A stretch of DNA of 64,000 nt, taken from Enoplolaimus lenunculus (taxonomy: Eukaryota). Under the pieces are notes generated by a model. It was given only the letters and a program-made list of their open reading frames with translations, was not told the origin of the DNA and searched no databases. Where the stretch lies: assembly GCA_030248215.1 (NCBI GenBank), contig JASANG010003338.1:186001-250000 (forward strand). Reading direction: 5' to 3'. How positions within the stretch are numbered: the stretch's first letter is position 1; each line of letters starts with the position of its first letter. The position numbers and the translations under genes were made by a program. Positions 47,667 to 62,928 of this stretch are shown here, piece after piece.

Positions 47667-50600
47667 GATTGAAATAGACGATATAGCTTGTATCAGCATT
47701 CGTTGAGAACGTCGAGTCTCTGATGTACGTTTAGACATATGCAAGATATTACATAGCTAGTTTAGTTAAAAATCGAAATTTTGCTTAATATATTGTAATT
47801 TTTGTTCTGAAACTAATGACATATAATTGCTGGCTGAGCAAACGCTAAACCTCACGAGGCCACGGTATGGGTTACTGAGTCCACTGTATGATTTAAGCAT
47901 GTCAAACAATTCTTCGAATCAATACGACTAAGGATTCCTGATAAGAGTAAAATCTCTAGCAGAATCAAAAATGCTAATCTAAGCATTCTATTGCTTGCTA
48001 AATAATTGTGGCAGAAAGCAGAAGACATCTGGGTTGTGCAAGCAAACGACCGTTTTCATACCATTGGTATTAACTTCCTGGAACCACTTGGCCTTTAAGT
48101 TTCTGAGCAAAGTTAAACCATAGAATTCTTATTCATTGGTACTCGCAGAATACTGGATACGAGAAGGGTTCATGGTTTCAGGGCAAATTTACTCGACCCA
48201 GATAGCAATAACAGTGATAACCGCATTCGTTTAGTATAATGGTTTCGTTAGCTTTCCGCGTAGCAAATTAACGGTTTGGTGCTACAACTTCCTGTGATTC
48301 CGGTAATTTATTCTGATACCCGAAACGCCGTGTAATCGTCAAGTCGATAATTTCTATTTTTATAAATATGACGGCGATGAAATATCGATAAAATAATCAA
48401 CGCATTAAGATCAAACAAAAATCAGTAACCTAATAATGAGAAAATTTCCCTCTTTTATCAACACCTTTCAGTCAGCATCGTCTTTGTTATCACACCCGTA
48501 TCCCAATCCAAGTCTCGGCCATGCAACCTTGCCAAACACCGATTCATTGTGAGATGTGAAAGTTGTAAAAACATGAGCGTCACTCTGAACACCTTACACG
48601 CGACCTGCAACCGCTGTGCGGCGTTAGAACTTTTATTATTATTATCTCAACATTAGGCGCATCGCCACAATTATACTTCGAGGGGCGTACCCTTATTTCA
48701 ATAAAATATTTTTATTTGTACGTTAGGCATACCTAAACTATAATAAAAGTACTGTAATCTTGTCTCTCCAAAAGTTTCACGAGGATATATATCCGCTTTA
48801 TTCCACGTCTTGTATATGGCCCTGCCAAACGTGAGAATGCTTAGTTCTATCAAATTTTACCCCCCAACTCAGCAGATGTTTCGTAAAATTTGAAAATATT
48901 TCATCGATATAGTAATGATAACAAAAACATCCTCGAAAAAGTAATATATTCCAAAGAATGAGACCTCAAACTTTGTATGTTGTGTTTTGTGGTGATTTTT
49001 CGCACGGCTTTGCCGTAGTTTAGTATCAAATTTTACAGTCACGCGTGAGCTTTGTATCAAACAATACAGCAGACTGCATATCTAACGATATAATTTGCAC
49101 GTTCACCTCGTTGGAATGAAAAAAATAGCACGCGCGATACAATTCAATATAATAGCAACCCACCTTCTATACAATTGTGAGCGAATTTGTATTAAGACAA
49201 AACTCTCATTAACCAATAAAAATACGAATTCCAAGACGCAACGAGTTCATATATTCAGCATAAAACAAATCAACATTATATTTGTAGTTTTATAAATGTT
49301 GTTATTGCTGAAATACTCTGCAAGCTTCCGCTAATTTCCTACCAAAAGATGAGGGGGTCAAAAAGTGTTCTCAAAATTGTTATTTGATGATGCAGTGTTT
49401 CCTGCATTTTGTTAGTCGACCTGATACGCGAAAACTTCCCTTAAACGCACTTGTATTTCTGAAATAAGAGCAAGCGTCATTGTTTAAACTGTCTACTTTC
49501 TAACGAAGTAGTTGAAACATATAAACAACTTGAACATTTATTAATTAATGTTTAAAAAACTCTCGCCTAACTGCGCGGAAAGTGATATTGTGTCATTACA
49601 GAAACACGAAACATTCCGATCGTTTCACATTCAGGATCGTAGCCAGGATTCGGTTTCGATAGAGAGTAATTTCATTTTTAAGTATCTGGAAGCCAAAAGG
49701 TATCCATATTCGTGTTAAAAGCTGTTTGTGCCTGTCTGTGGAGTTTCCCGGAGGAATATATACCCTTCTATTTTTACGCCTAGTATATACGCTCCTAATT
49801 GCACAATTTTTAAATATCAATTGCACAATTCGTTGGAGATGTTTTGTACAATGCAGTTATTAACAAATGAAACTTTTTATTTAGAACATGATTGACAAAG
49901 TCAAATGTAGCATAAATTATACATTTTTGACTGGTTAATAGGCGAAAGTTGCGCAATTAAATGTTAGTTATTGGGCTGTTTTTTCTACGAACTCTCGTTA
50001 AATACTTTTTTCTACTGACTTCGTTTTTGAATGTACGTCTTTCTTCGAAATATGCCTATTCAAATTTGCTATTCTTTCTTGTTCTATTTGTCGTTGTATT
50101 GATGTAATTTCATAATCAATTATTGTTTGCTTACAGAGTTTATTGTTTATAAAGTTTGAAATAATTTTGTAATACATGAAAACAAAGATATCAAAGCGGT
50201 CGGATTCGAAAACATACTCTTCTGCCATTTAGACTTAGCGGATTACTTTAAAAGACGATATCTGTGAATTAGTATCCAGGCCCATAGCCAGCTCACCTTG
50301 CTATGGGAGCTGAAAATTTTTCCGGAGGGGCATGCTAGACTTTTCCTTGACTTATTAGAAAGGTTGAAAATTTTAGTGGAAAAATTTTCAATTGCTGCCT
50401 TTAAAAGGCTTGAGGAAGCTTTATATTGGCTATTGTTGGGCACACAAAATATGGCTGCAAAAATGAATATATGTACAGCTTGAATAGAAACGGCTTTTAA
50501 AACTTAGCGTGGCAAACAGTGTATTGGTGTAACTAATATCCGTTAGCTTTCATCCCGCAGTAAGAGCCAACTATGAGCAGAACAAATCGACGAACAAAGC

Positions 50601-53600
50601 ATTGTTTTTGGTCGGTGCTTCAAATTCTAGCTTGAAATAAGAAACAGATGTGAGATGAAATGAAAAATATTTATGGGGGGACGGGATAAGCATCTAAGTC
50701 CTGATTGAGAGATGTAAAGCTGGAGTTGCGTAAATTAATGTAGTCACGTCTGTGGCTCGTGTTAATACAACAAACAAATTTGGCCCAAGATTTATTTGAG
50801 CTTTTGTGTCGTTAATTATGAAACAATGGTTTACGGTCATTAGTTCAGGCGCGATATTTGTGCCTTGTTAAAAAAGTTTGAGCCTCAAATCTATATGGCA
50901 AATATATAGAAGCACGTCTCTCTCAGAGACAAAATTTCTCCAGAAAGGATGGATAAATTGTATCGGTGTGCTGTCAACAGTAGCAAAGTCCGCTACTGAT
51001 CTTTACATGGGCCCAAGGTGCCGTCTTGGTACCCAAAAATTTTTTTGTCAAAAAGTTAAACACATTTCATAATCAATTCAACGCAGCTGGCATAGCTGGG
51101 TCGAATGGTGTTAAATTTACCGTTATCAGACGACTGATTAACGGATCATGGTCAAATAACTGATTTGGCTCTACAAGTTGCGTCAGATGGTATATAATAC
51201 GTTTAATTTTTTGACAGACATTTTTTGGACTCGAAGAGAGGAGATCATTTAGGACCTTAAAAATCTAATTTTCAGAAAATCCAATTTGGCCGTGGAGTGA
51301 TCACAGGAGGTCATGAGAAGTTTAAATGTACAATTTTTTTAAATTCAATGATTTTGGGGTAAACACTGGGCTCGGGGGGTTGGAAAAGACCATGAGACAT
51401 CGCCATGCTAGAGTTTCAAATTTTTAAGATACATAGCTGTCTACATTGAAAAGTTTCCTGCTAACATGCACTCCGCAAAAGCATTCTCTGACGGTAGAAT
51501 GTATCGTTCAAATACGACATAAACCAAATATTTTTCTACTAAAAATGACAAAAAACGAAAGAAATCGATATCAGCAAAAAATGTGCATATAAAATAATTA
51601 TTCATAGGATATTAGTTTCACTATAAAATTTACTAAATTTTTTGAATTGTATTTTTGTGTAGAAATTGGTGTGATTTTGTCGAAATTAAATTGCTCCACA
51701 ATGAGGACAAACTTTTGCTGTTTTCTTCACTTTGTCAGCGTATGCGATTTTGTGCTTATTTTTATATGAGAATTTTCAAATTGCTCAGCTTCGTGCAAAC
51801 GGTAATAATCAAGTGTGATAGGTCTTCATGTTTGCGATTTTTGTAACGAATGTAAAACAAACATTTAGAAGATGAAAGACGTACTGAATCGGCGCCACTA
51901 CGCGCTTTTGAGCTATGTAGAACTTTACTGAGGTGTCGCCGTAATCATTTCAGCTCAATCAATTCTACTACAACTAAGCAATTCTTAGATTGAAACGAGG
52001 AAATTAACTCATCAAATAGACGTATAGAACTGTCTGTCGTTAGACTTAAATTTACGTTTAATGTTAAAAGAAACATTATAAACGTGTGCACATTGGCCAA
52101 TATTTTTCAAAACGATTTTTGATGTCGTTGGATAGATACACTTAACTTTCTGCTAAAAATGACCCATGTAAAGGTCAGGGGCAAAATGTTTTTCTGAGGA
52201 ACTGAAATAAAGCTTAGCATTAAGAATATGCCCATACTATTGTCATGGCCCTATAAATTGGCCCTAAAAATCAAATATTCCTGTATGGCACACTGACTGT
52301 ACATTTATAACCGTTGTTTACAAAAAATAGCAGTTAATGTGATTTCATTATTTAACATACACTGCAAAAAATGGTGAGTCAAATTGGCTCTCTCCGAAAT
52401 AGGAATTTCCGGACTACACAAACCGCGTTACAATCAAAATGAAACCTCTGCCGCGATAAGTCTCGCTTAAATCTCATTGGAGGTATATAACTTTAAAGCT
52501 TAAGCGCAGGGATGTAACTAAGCGGACAGGGGCACCCCTCCCTCACATACGTTGCCCAACCCCCCGACGCGATAAGCAATAATTCGGACAATAAATTTAC
52601 AGTTTATTTAAATAAACAGAACTAATTATCACAATATATCACCGATGATAATAAATTCATTTGCATAACAAAATTAACCATGACAATTTTTCAAAATATT
52701 GAAAAAAGTATTAATTTCAGTATGCTAACATGTATCTAGACATCTTTTGGCGTTTCCAACTCAAAACGGCATCGTGACAACTCGTCGCCCAACAAGCTTG
52801 CTATTCGAAATCTAATCGATTCCAAGATTTGCCGGCATCATTACACTTGGGAGTGTGCTTAAGCTTAGGTTTAGCCTTAGGAACTGTCTGGGTGATAAGT
52901 TGTTGCGCGAAGTCTGTCCTCGATGAGTCTGACGAACGGCCCCGTACGGGTGTCGAACGGCCCCGAACTGCATTAAAACAATTAAAAAGTATTGCGCAAC
53001 CCTAATTCGGTACATCTAAATAGTCCTGTCCACTTAAAAGCTATACAATGGTCGCGAATTATCTACTCAGAATGTCATCTTGATTGCAGATTACATTAAT
53101 ATAAAAAAGGGTCCACGAAGATTATTTATCACAATAAATCCAAAGGCTCTCATACACTTTTACCGTCTTCGAAATTTGTATATTTTGCGACAATTTTTAG
53201 AATTAACCTTAAAATTAGGCTTAGACGTAAGACTTTAGGTTTCGACATGCGATTAGGCTTGTGGGGAGGGGAAATATGTATAAGAGCCGAATATCGTAGG
53301 CCTTAGCCGAACATGGTAAGCCTTAGTAGATTTATATCACGTTTCACAACACATTTCTTCATAAACCAGTGTCATAATATTGAACCAGAAGTATGCTATG
53401 AATACAAAATGTTAACTCACAGATGTAAAATATCACAGAAATATTATTAAAATACTGTTAACCCAGTGTAAACAAAAGCTGGTAAAAATTAATAAAAGTT
53501 TTTCAGTCACAATTAAGGAAACGTTACCTTTTTGCCAGTCTATTATTCTTTACAAACGTGCAAGTTGATAAATTCCAATTATAAATCGGTTTTAGCACGT

Positions 53601-53951
53601 TTGGCCAATATTAATTATATGGGCGCTAAAAGTTTGACTTATACGCCATTTACAAACTAAATTTTTAAATAAGGGTTGACTGCTAAACGAAATTTTGATT
53701 ACAGTTAGTTCACAGTATCCTGCGCCATGGGATACGGTATTTTCGACTAATAGGAGGACAACCAGTGAACACTTTAGCAATGAAAATGTATGAAGCGACC
53801 CAACAGTCTACGAATTTTATAAAATGAAAAAATAAGGAAATTTTATGGGCTAAGGAAAATGGATATTGCCAGCAGAACTATCCGATAGCTGTACTTCCCA
53901 GACAGTCTACATTTGGCAAATGTTTTAGTGTTGCGTTCTCCACGATTGACG

Positions 53952-56900
53952 TTACACATCTCTGAAAAATAGAAATATACTAATGAACGCAGTTGCATAT
54001 TTGCCACCGAAGATATATTGCTATATTTCTAACAACAAAATTTAACTCCCGTCTGAAAACAGAGCAATAGTTTTCGTTACATTGGGTTTGACTTCACATA
54101 ACTTTAGTTCTTAATTACATCATTTTTTATTGGCTTTCAAATTGCACATCTCGCTTAGAAACAATGAGCTAATCAAGTTTTTTCCTTCAAGTGGATTATT
54201 ATCCGTGGACCTCTTGTTTTACCTTGGTTTGAAATTAGGGCAGTGCCATTTAATCGGCATCGCTATCGGCATCGGTGGAAATAATCCACTTGGAGGAAAG
54301 TTTCATTAGCCCATTGTCTCTGAGAGGGATAGTTTTACTATTAGATTATTTAGTAGAATAATCTTTAAACAAGTGGTGCTGTTATAGGGGGGAAATCTAC
54401 TAGAGGAAATTGAAGTCCGCCAGTGGATTTTTTCCGGGTGAAGACAACTGCGTTGGTGAATTTTCTTCGCCGATGGGAGGCGAACATACGCTAGCGGATT
54501 ATTTCCGGTTAGGAAAAAATCAGCATTGGAAGAAATCCGCGGTTATACCGGATATGCGTCTGTGTTCGAACATACCGTAATTGACGAATAGTTGTATAGA
54601 GCTAATTCAGCTTTCAGTTGTACCTGATTACAGCAACTCGCGAATAACATGCTCAGCTGTTTTGCGATATATCAAAGAAAAATTACTATTCTGATACCAA
54701 CATTTTTACATAATTATCATACAAATCATACTAACTAACGTTGGTTCCACTTTACCTTGCAGGATTAACTAAAGCATATCATAAGTTGCTAAACGCTCCA
54801 GATGTTCCGATAAATCTAAGCCTAAGCTAAAGCCTGGGTCTTGAGCCTAATTTATTAATCCAGACATTATGAGGGGAGAGCTATTTGTAGATGTGAGACA
54901 AACAAACAAGTACCTTTTTTTACAAATCTTCAAAGTAAAAATCAAACGAACTTACGTAGCTTCTAATTTATCTTGCAGCATCAACTGAAGCATATCTTCT
55001 TTGGTGACCGCTGTGGGTGTGCCTGTAGATCTTTTGTCACCGGAACCGGGGCGTGTATTGCGGTAGTGTTGTGAATCGGATGCCGAACGTAAGACTATGG
55101 AATTTCGTGGAGTTGTGTTATTGCTTGACAATGAATGCAAATCGGATATGTCGCTGCTGATTGTATGACGGCGTGATTCGTCGTTGGTTGAAATTTCTGA
55201 AGATTGAGTCTCACACGTGTATGTTTTTACAACGAGAACTTACAGCTGCAAGTTGCGGTTGCAGTTTTGTAAAACTGGTTTTGAAAATAGAGATGGCTTA
55301 GTAATGTATGTAAGGCAGAATTCACAATAACTAGCGACCTCATGCTCCAGCATCGTACTAAAATGAAAAAATATTAGTATGGTACGGTGAGTTACTGGCA
55401 CGATATGGGCCGTAATGTTTATGAGAGCGATGCCTTATCCTGTATATATTTGCACTCTGCTGCAAGTACAACTGGAAAAGGTGTGGATAGGCGGCTACTA
55501 CAAACAATTCGCCAAAAACCCAAAATTATCTCCCTAACCAGAGAAATATCAAAAGTATGTATGCAAACAATGAAATTAACCAAACAACAATTGCCATTCA
55601 GTACTGAAGTACAATTAGCACCGTATGCCAATTGTACAACCATCCTACCATTTACTATTGCTGCAAATGCCATTAAATTAACTATTTAATAGTGGTACGT
55701 GCATACCACATAGTGCGTATGCAAATTAAAAAAGGATGAACAACCATCTAAACACGACCTCGCTGAGGCGAGGTCGCGAAAAATATACAGTGTAACTATG
55801 GGTCGAGTCTTCCCCACTGGTCGTTCGCAAAGAAGTTCGAATACTCCAACGTTGACGCGGAACAACCCCAGATGCTGATGACGCGACATACCACTGTCTC
55901 TGCAAAAGGTTCGATAACAATGGAAAGTCATGACTCCATGGATGAAATCGAAAATTGGTAAGGACGACAATGCTCTTCTTGTATTCGACGGTCACAGTTG
56001 GCATGATTCCGTTTCTCATTCTAGTTGCAGACATGGTTACCCAAGATCGTGGTTCCTCGCTTGCCACTCCACACAACAGATATTTTGGACACCTGGCATG
56101 ATGGCATTTTTTTGACCAATACAAAGCTGTTGGAATAAATGAATGCAGGAGATCATAATATTCTCATAGTGAAAAACGATCAACAAAAGCTCTCACCACA
56201 CCGATGAATTGGGAGCAATTTTTGCGTCTCAAACTGACTAGTGCGGTGAATAAGAAGATCTAGTAAAGGTTCACTTCCATTCGTCACAGGGACCTGGGCC
56301 AATAATGTAGCGCTGGCAGGGTTGTATAATTTGCCAAAAGACACGGGGCGCAAAACGACCATTTTTGAAAATAAACATTGCTTGAAGTGGCTTCCAATCA
56401 GTAATCGCGTTCTTAACTGTTGTGTAAAACTTCATTACCGGATCACTAGAACGAGTTGAACGAAAAAAACATTCTTTATATATCTCATATCTTTCTCTCA
56501 AACCCGCACGTGTCGTCCACTGACAGGTAATAAATGAAACAAAATATATACTTATAGATAATTTACAGGTTTCAAAAAATTGCCAATAAAGTAATAAATG
56601 CGGCGGCATAGTATGTCAGCTTAAACGGGAACAAAAACGAATAACGGGTGTTTAAAGGACACAGGATAAGGGTTGCGCTATACTTTTGTTGACGTCCGGC
56701 GCCGTCAGTCATCTGTACAGCGCCGTCCATCACCATGCGTCACCCGTACGGCGCCGACCGTAACCGTGCGGTACCATACGCAAATAACTCTCGTACGATA
56801 ACTTATTGTACGAAAGTTGATGTGCGGCGCCGGATAGGTGACGCACGGTGATGCACATGGAGACGTACGGTGTCGAACGGCACCGTACGGGTGACGGACG

Positions 56901-59900
56901 GCGCCGGATGTCAAGTATAGCACAACCCTAAGAGTAAACGGACTGTAGGCAGCTGCTGTGATACTACAAAATCGTTTCGCCTTCGGGAAATTGCTATACA
57001 TAATCTTGCAGCATCCTTAATATATACCTAAAGGTTAGAAAACATTTTTACCTGTTTTCATGTAGAGCTATAAGTTTCGCAGCCGATGAAAATCAGTTTA
57101 TTGATTTTAATTTGCACAAAAGTACTAAATTTTTAACCAGCTTGAAATCCAAGTGGCACTTCAAACATACCGGTTAATTTTTCGTCTTGATCATCGTTTG
57201 CGGCATATTTTGAAGCACCACCATCGTTTATCACAATCGTCGAAACATGTCGTTGATTACTATTCAATATCCCGCGATCCGGGGCCTGCTGCAAGCCTGA
57301 GAACGTTGAAAAGTTGGCGGACTGATCCTCATCGAACTCACCGGTCCGGTGGCCCAAATGGTCTCTATGTGCTGTAATCGTTTCCACCGAAGCTTGATCG
57401 ATATCACTATCACTATGACCAAACGACGACGACGTGTTGTTTTTTGTTGAATAACATTTGTCGTCGGTTGGCTCTTTGTTGTGATATTGTGAATGTAATT
57501 CCATCATCGGTGCTGATATCCTGCGACCAGTAGCATGCGTTCCAAACGTATGATTTCGATTTGTCGCCGCACGAAGCCGTTGTTCGTTATCATTTGACGG
57601 AAAATACGGTAGTACAATTTTTCGTCGACCACTAAACAATCGAATACTAGCATCGTCCACAGTGTTTGGTGTTGTTGGAGGCCGTCCAAGCTCTTTTCGT
57701 TTGGTATCAACGCAATGATCTCCCGTTTGCCCAGGTTGTCCAATAGTTGACCCTACTGAGCTACTACATGTCGATATCCCAGAAGTTGAGCTGGTAACCG
57801 ATGCAAAAGAATCTGAGCTCAATGCACAGGTGCATTTTGTTGTCGCGGCGTTTCGGCCGTTGTGACATGATGCAGGAAATTCAGCGGCATGTGAGCATTG
57901 GACCGCTTGTAACGTAGTTCTGTCCAGTTCTCGACTTGCCGTTGAGTTTCCAGCATAATGGCAACAAGACGCATTAGAAGACTCTTTAAGGTTATTCGGT
58001 TGCATCTGCGCGCCAGTTGTATTCCACGAAAATCGTTTGTGGATTTCAGCAGCTGGTAATTGTCGTGGTCGCGCAGGAAGCATATCTTCAACGATATCAG
58101 CTGTATTATAGCGTCGTTGATAGCGTCTATTTGAGGTGTTTCCTACGTTGTTTTGATCCAAAAACATTTCGTTGTCTTGTTGCTCTTGTGGCTGCAGTAT
58201 CACACTTGTGCTAGGGCCACTGATATTTATACCGGGGCTTACCGGTTCGTCGTTAAGAAATTCAGAAGGTGTGGTATAAATATTGACACCTGTATACTGT
58301 GGAACGTTTGGCAAACACGTTGGCTCTAAGCGTGAATACTGTGTGCTCGATGCAGCCGTTGGTAGCGTCTCCTGATTACATTTTTGCTCCATATTGAATG
58401 CGTTTTCCACGAGTTCGTCTTTATGTAGCATCGGCTTGTCGTTATCTGATAGAAGATGTTGATGTTGCGTTCCTATTTGATCAAGACATTCAGTTTCTCG
58501 ATATTGTGAACAATCTACAATAGGAGACTGTGGTTTACTCCGTATTGAAGTAATGCCTGCATTTTCGTCGGCTTTGTTCAGACGTACAGCATACCGTGTG
58601 TTGGGATACTCAGGCGATGGGGACCGCAGATGTTTTTTGGTTTTTATAGGCGAACTTTTGTGTTTTGATTTCATACCCCGAAATGATTTTCGTATTTTTG
58701 AATGGTCTCCGATCGTTGTAGAATTGTCTTCAACGTTTTGTTCGGTATTTGCAGCTGAAGAAGCGTTTGCTGTCATTAAAAGATTTTGTGCAGCTTGTGA
58801 GTGCGCAAGTTGCGGCGACTGACCGAACGCTGGTACAAATACAGAAACCGATGACGACAGAAGAGATTTGTTCAGGGCGTCACTGCAATCTGCAGACGGG
58901 CTGCTGGCTTCAGCGAAAGTTCTACGACCATTTGGCGATGGTATAGGATTAATCGTTGGATTGTCGCGTTTCCAGCGGTTAGGATTATAAGAATCATCAA
59001 AATTGTGGACAACTGTATGATCTGCTCGACTCGGTGATGGTGACCTAGAAACGTTTGCAGAATGAATACTTGTCGGCGTCAACTTTCGGGTGCGAAATTG
59101 TTTTCGGAATGTTTGACTGGAACTCGAACCATTTTTCGTTCCGCTGATCCTACAACTGCTCCATTCCTCGCCGCTTTGTTTAACGTTGTTTTGATTGCAT
59201 TTTCGACTTAGCGAGTTCTGACTGTTGGACGGTGATTGCAGTTTGTTGTAGTGGATTTTAGTCCCCGATTTTGAAAGAAGTATACCATTTTGGTTTCGTT
59301 CCGCCGTAGCTTCATTTTCGTATCTGTCGCATTTGCTCAACTTACGTTTGCTGTCGCCTAACATACAATCAGCTGGTTGAAGTTTCTCAGAATCGTCGCA
59401 GTTATCGCCATCAGTACCTTCGCTTGAAAGATTTGTCGGCCGTCCAACTACTTTGGACGAACTCGTTCGTCGAAAAGAACGAATAATTCCACTACTTCCA
59501 CCGGATACTCCGTTCGATTCCTGATGTTGCTGAGCCTTTGAATTTGAGCATCGTCTTCTCGCCAAATTATCTTCCATTACTGCAACTGGTACACCCACAG
59601 CCTCATCATGAACAGTCTGATCATGCATTGCAGTGAAACTAGAGCACGACGCTGAATCTCTTATCGAATGGGTTGTTTTATCATAGTCATCATCTTTAAG
59701 TGAACTCATTTCAGGGTCACACGCATCTTGTGGACACAGGAGACGGGGATCAATTGCTGGAACACTCAAGCATGCATGTCGAGATGGCGAATCAGGATAC
59801 AGATGTGTTCCGGCGTTGGTCGAGTCAACGCTACAAGAACGACTATGGCTTCCGGGCATCAGAGGTAAACCGCTGTCACAGTCGCGAAGATGATCACGTT

Positions 59901-62900
59901 CTGCTGTTTCCTGAGGTTGATGTTTAGTAAACGACCGTTTTACTGATTCAACAGCTCCTAAAAACCAAATGCTTAATATTTTAGCTTGATTACATACACG
60001 GTATTTTTTCAAGCACCGGCAAAACAGGGGCGTAGGTGGGATAATGCTAAAATATGTAATTCAGTGCTATAATCGTTTGACGACACATGCATATTGCAGG
60101 CATGCGTAAAACGTTCGGATTAATTGAGTATAAGCGGATATGATTATAATATGTATCTCAAAGCAGTTTGGGTAATGCAAATAAAATATCGTTTAGTAAA
60201 TTCGGATTTTAAGGTGTCGTCCATTTTATTTTGTGTCCGACATGTGGAAATTAGAAACATCTTTTTCCAACTACTATTTAGCAAACAGGTAGTTGATGGA
60301 AACTTAGAAAAACAGGTCAGGTGGTAAACTAAGACATTTCATGAATTTAAGATGAACATTAAAGTTGCAAATTTACTGACGATTTTTAAAAGTGTAGCGA
60401 TGAGGAATTACAACAGTTGTTTAAAAAATGAAAAACTAATAAGTAACGGATTTTTGCTACCACAGCGGAAATGAGTCGAAAATGGCTACGGAATTTGAAT
60501 AGAAAAACTGCGTGTTGTAGACTGGAGAAACTATGCGATTTTTTTAAGTTGTCCTAAATTAAAACACTCCAATTTCCCATTACACAAGTGAAACTTAAAA
60601 CCGCAATTGGAATGGGATTTGGAAAATAGACTTCAGTTGATCGTATCCATTAACTAATCGATTTTGGAAAATATGAAACAGTGGGAATTTAGAACAGTTT
60701 CCAAATTCAATTTTTGCTCGCTACTTATTTGAAAACTGCGATTAGAAAAGGGCGTTTTCAATTTTCACTTGGCGGGAACAAAATAAAGTAGACGACACAT
60801 ACATAGTGGGTGTCTTAGCAAATATATTATTTTGTTTGGACCAATATTTTTCATATCCAGTTGAACGAGACGTTAATCAAAATGTGCTTTAAAGTTAGGC
60901 AAATAATGTATTCGCGCGATGGCACGGCAGACAGATATTATATCGAACCACCGAAGTAGCTTCAAGCATCAGCAGCGAGTTGCGAGTAGTGTTGTGCACC
61001 GGACAGGAACGGCCGGCCAATAACTGCTTATCACAGAAAAAACTAAAAACATTGTAACATCATTAGGCTAATATTTTTAATCATAGATTTCAATTCTAAA
61101 ACTTTTAGCTTAAATCTGAAATGTTGCCTGCCTACTGTTATCATTATAGTCAACGTAAGATTGAATCACAAGTTGAAACTACTTTGGTGGCAGTTGTATT
61201 CCAGACAGCTCGTGTGGTGAGTTAAGGCGCTTCAGTAACGATATTTGTACTGTAAAAATGCTTGATAATTCTAAAAATTTGTATATTGGCTGGCCGGCGG
61301 CCAATGACCTGCTGGCCGGCCAGTAGACAAAGTGGTAATTGCACAACACTACTTGCGAGATGCTATCAAAGACTACGGATTTTTTTCAGATTTCATTTCC
61401 CAAAATTAATGTGAAGCAAGCTAGACGCAGACTGAGCCGCCACTAACGTAGGCATAGAATGACGGAGGCAATAAAAATGTTTTCAAAACATAAAATTCTT
61501 TTAATACTTTCCACTCATTTTAGGCTATGAAGACGGACGACGACGTTCATAGTCGCGAGCCAGGGTGCATACCTATGCTGGTTCGTCGTATCGGTGCTTT
61601 AATATCGTTTGGTGACAAATTTTGCTGGCGTGAATTGTTTGTTGTTGATTGCTGCCGGCTGACACCAGAACCAGGCGTCGGTGGACCAAGTGTTGAATTT
61701 GACGCTAGCCACGACATCACACTTGAATTTCCAGCAACCGCAGGAGAAGTGATGGCGAATCCAGCATTTGAGTCGTGCGATGCGAGCGGATTGTCAGAAT
61801 TTGCTTTGTAATGATCGTATTCCGTCTATAACAAAATATTAAGTAAAGTCAATTTTTGGTTTTCTACAGTTCGTACTTTTATCACTGATGCCTTTGAATA
61901 ATTTTTGTTGTTTTCAGTATTTGGAAAATAATGTGTTGACTATTTCGCTGGCAGTATCATCAAGGGCGTCGCAAATATTTCAGTTAACTCTTAGGAATCT
62001 TGTTTAAAGTGTCTTTTTGACACTTCAAAAATTTTCAAAGGAGATATAACCATGCTATCCTTTGTAAACGCCGCGGACTATCATTGATAACTTTGTTGTC
62101 AATGTCTAAAAAACTATTGAATATCAAATCGCAGCGTATAGACATGATTTTGGCAGAAGGGGCACGTTTTATATAATTTCGAAATTTCGAAGTGGGGGAT
62201 TTTTGAAGCCGTTGAAAACCACCTAAACGTCTACTGTAGTGACCCGAACAAGAGGGGGGACTGATACTTATTTGGCCTCTCCAGAGGGTACCCCCTCTTA
62301 TTCGGATACGAACTGTTATTTGTTTTCAACCAGCCCTCTGCCACCCTTCCTTCGTTACTGATATATCCGGTACTGCAGCTATCCGTTGAATTAAACGTTA
62401 TTGCCTTGCATCAAAAGCTTGAGCGATAATGCAACGTTATACTTTGGAATGTTCCTTTTAAAACTTAGGTTAATACGCTTCAAAGTTTCGAACTCAAGTT
62501 TATTTGGTCGCGGAGCCATTTATGCGCTACAATTAGGGATAATTGAGATTTATTGACTGTAAATAGGGTTCAGGAACTCTATCCGCTTACGGACTCTCAT
62601 TACAGATACGGCCCCCTATTGATTGGGACTCAAAACAGGGACCCCCTTCTTCTTACCCCGAATCACAAGAGGTTGATCCCTTACCCTTAATACTCTGGCG
62701 CTTTTATGAGAGAAGCCACAGTATACTCACAAAAGAGATAGGCCATACCTACTTGAAAATGCAGGTTTGAATTGTAGTGACCCTACTTGGTGTCACAATT
62801 TTGTCGTACCTGGGCCCTGTGGAACGCGTCGATCCAACCATCTCTGACTTCGCCGCTATTTGCTTGCATAATCAATGCAGATGAAATGACATCGAACTCG

Positions 62901-62928
62901 GTTAGACAAACAAGCAAGAATGAATCCT
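53952..62928 (-). CDS. PLEKHG5: 3' part of a PLEKHG5-like DH-PH RhoGEF (PH C-terminus, long disordered tail, PDZ-binding end)
   Basis: Exons 62928-62810 (DSFLLVCLTEFDVISSALIMQANSGEVRDGWIDAFHRAQ, resembling the PLEKHG5 PH end SFLLIYLNEF...GWVDTIYNAQ), 61825-61573, 59957-57171 (2787-nt Ser-rich exon), 55196-54956 (...LQLMLQDKLEA) and a 10-nt last coding exon 53961-53952 giving ...LEATDV*. All phases are consistent. 5' exons were not identified and probably lie mostly outside the window. Confidence 0.75.
55900..56130 (+). pseudogene. Decayed pogo/Tigger-type DDE_1 transposase fragment
   Basis: NALLVFDGHSWH and FLACHSTQQ match the DDE_1 motifs LLxxDGHxSH and LPxHSTH. Short and disrupted, located in a RhoGEF intron. 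Confidence 0.6.
56669..56930. mobile_element. GC-rich MITE (same family as 22910-23207)
   Basis: agggttgcgctatactt...caagtatagcacaacccta TIRs with a homologous interior. Confidence 0.8.

Noticed and set aside
49998..50228. 76-aa ATG ORF (MAEEYVF...)
   Set aside because: No homology, splice context or motif that I can support.
56271..56609. 112-aa ORF as a nested gene
   Set aside because: No recognisable motif. It is adjacent to transposase debris, so it is more likely decayed mobile DNA; unresolved without a search.
57133..60012. Stand-alone 959-aa protein
   Set aside because: It starts at a non-ATG codon in intron-like sequence and has an acceptor at 59957 and a donor at 57171. It is an internal exon of the RhoGEF.
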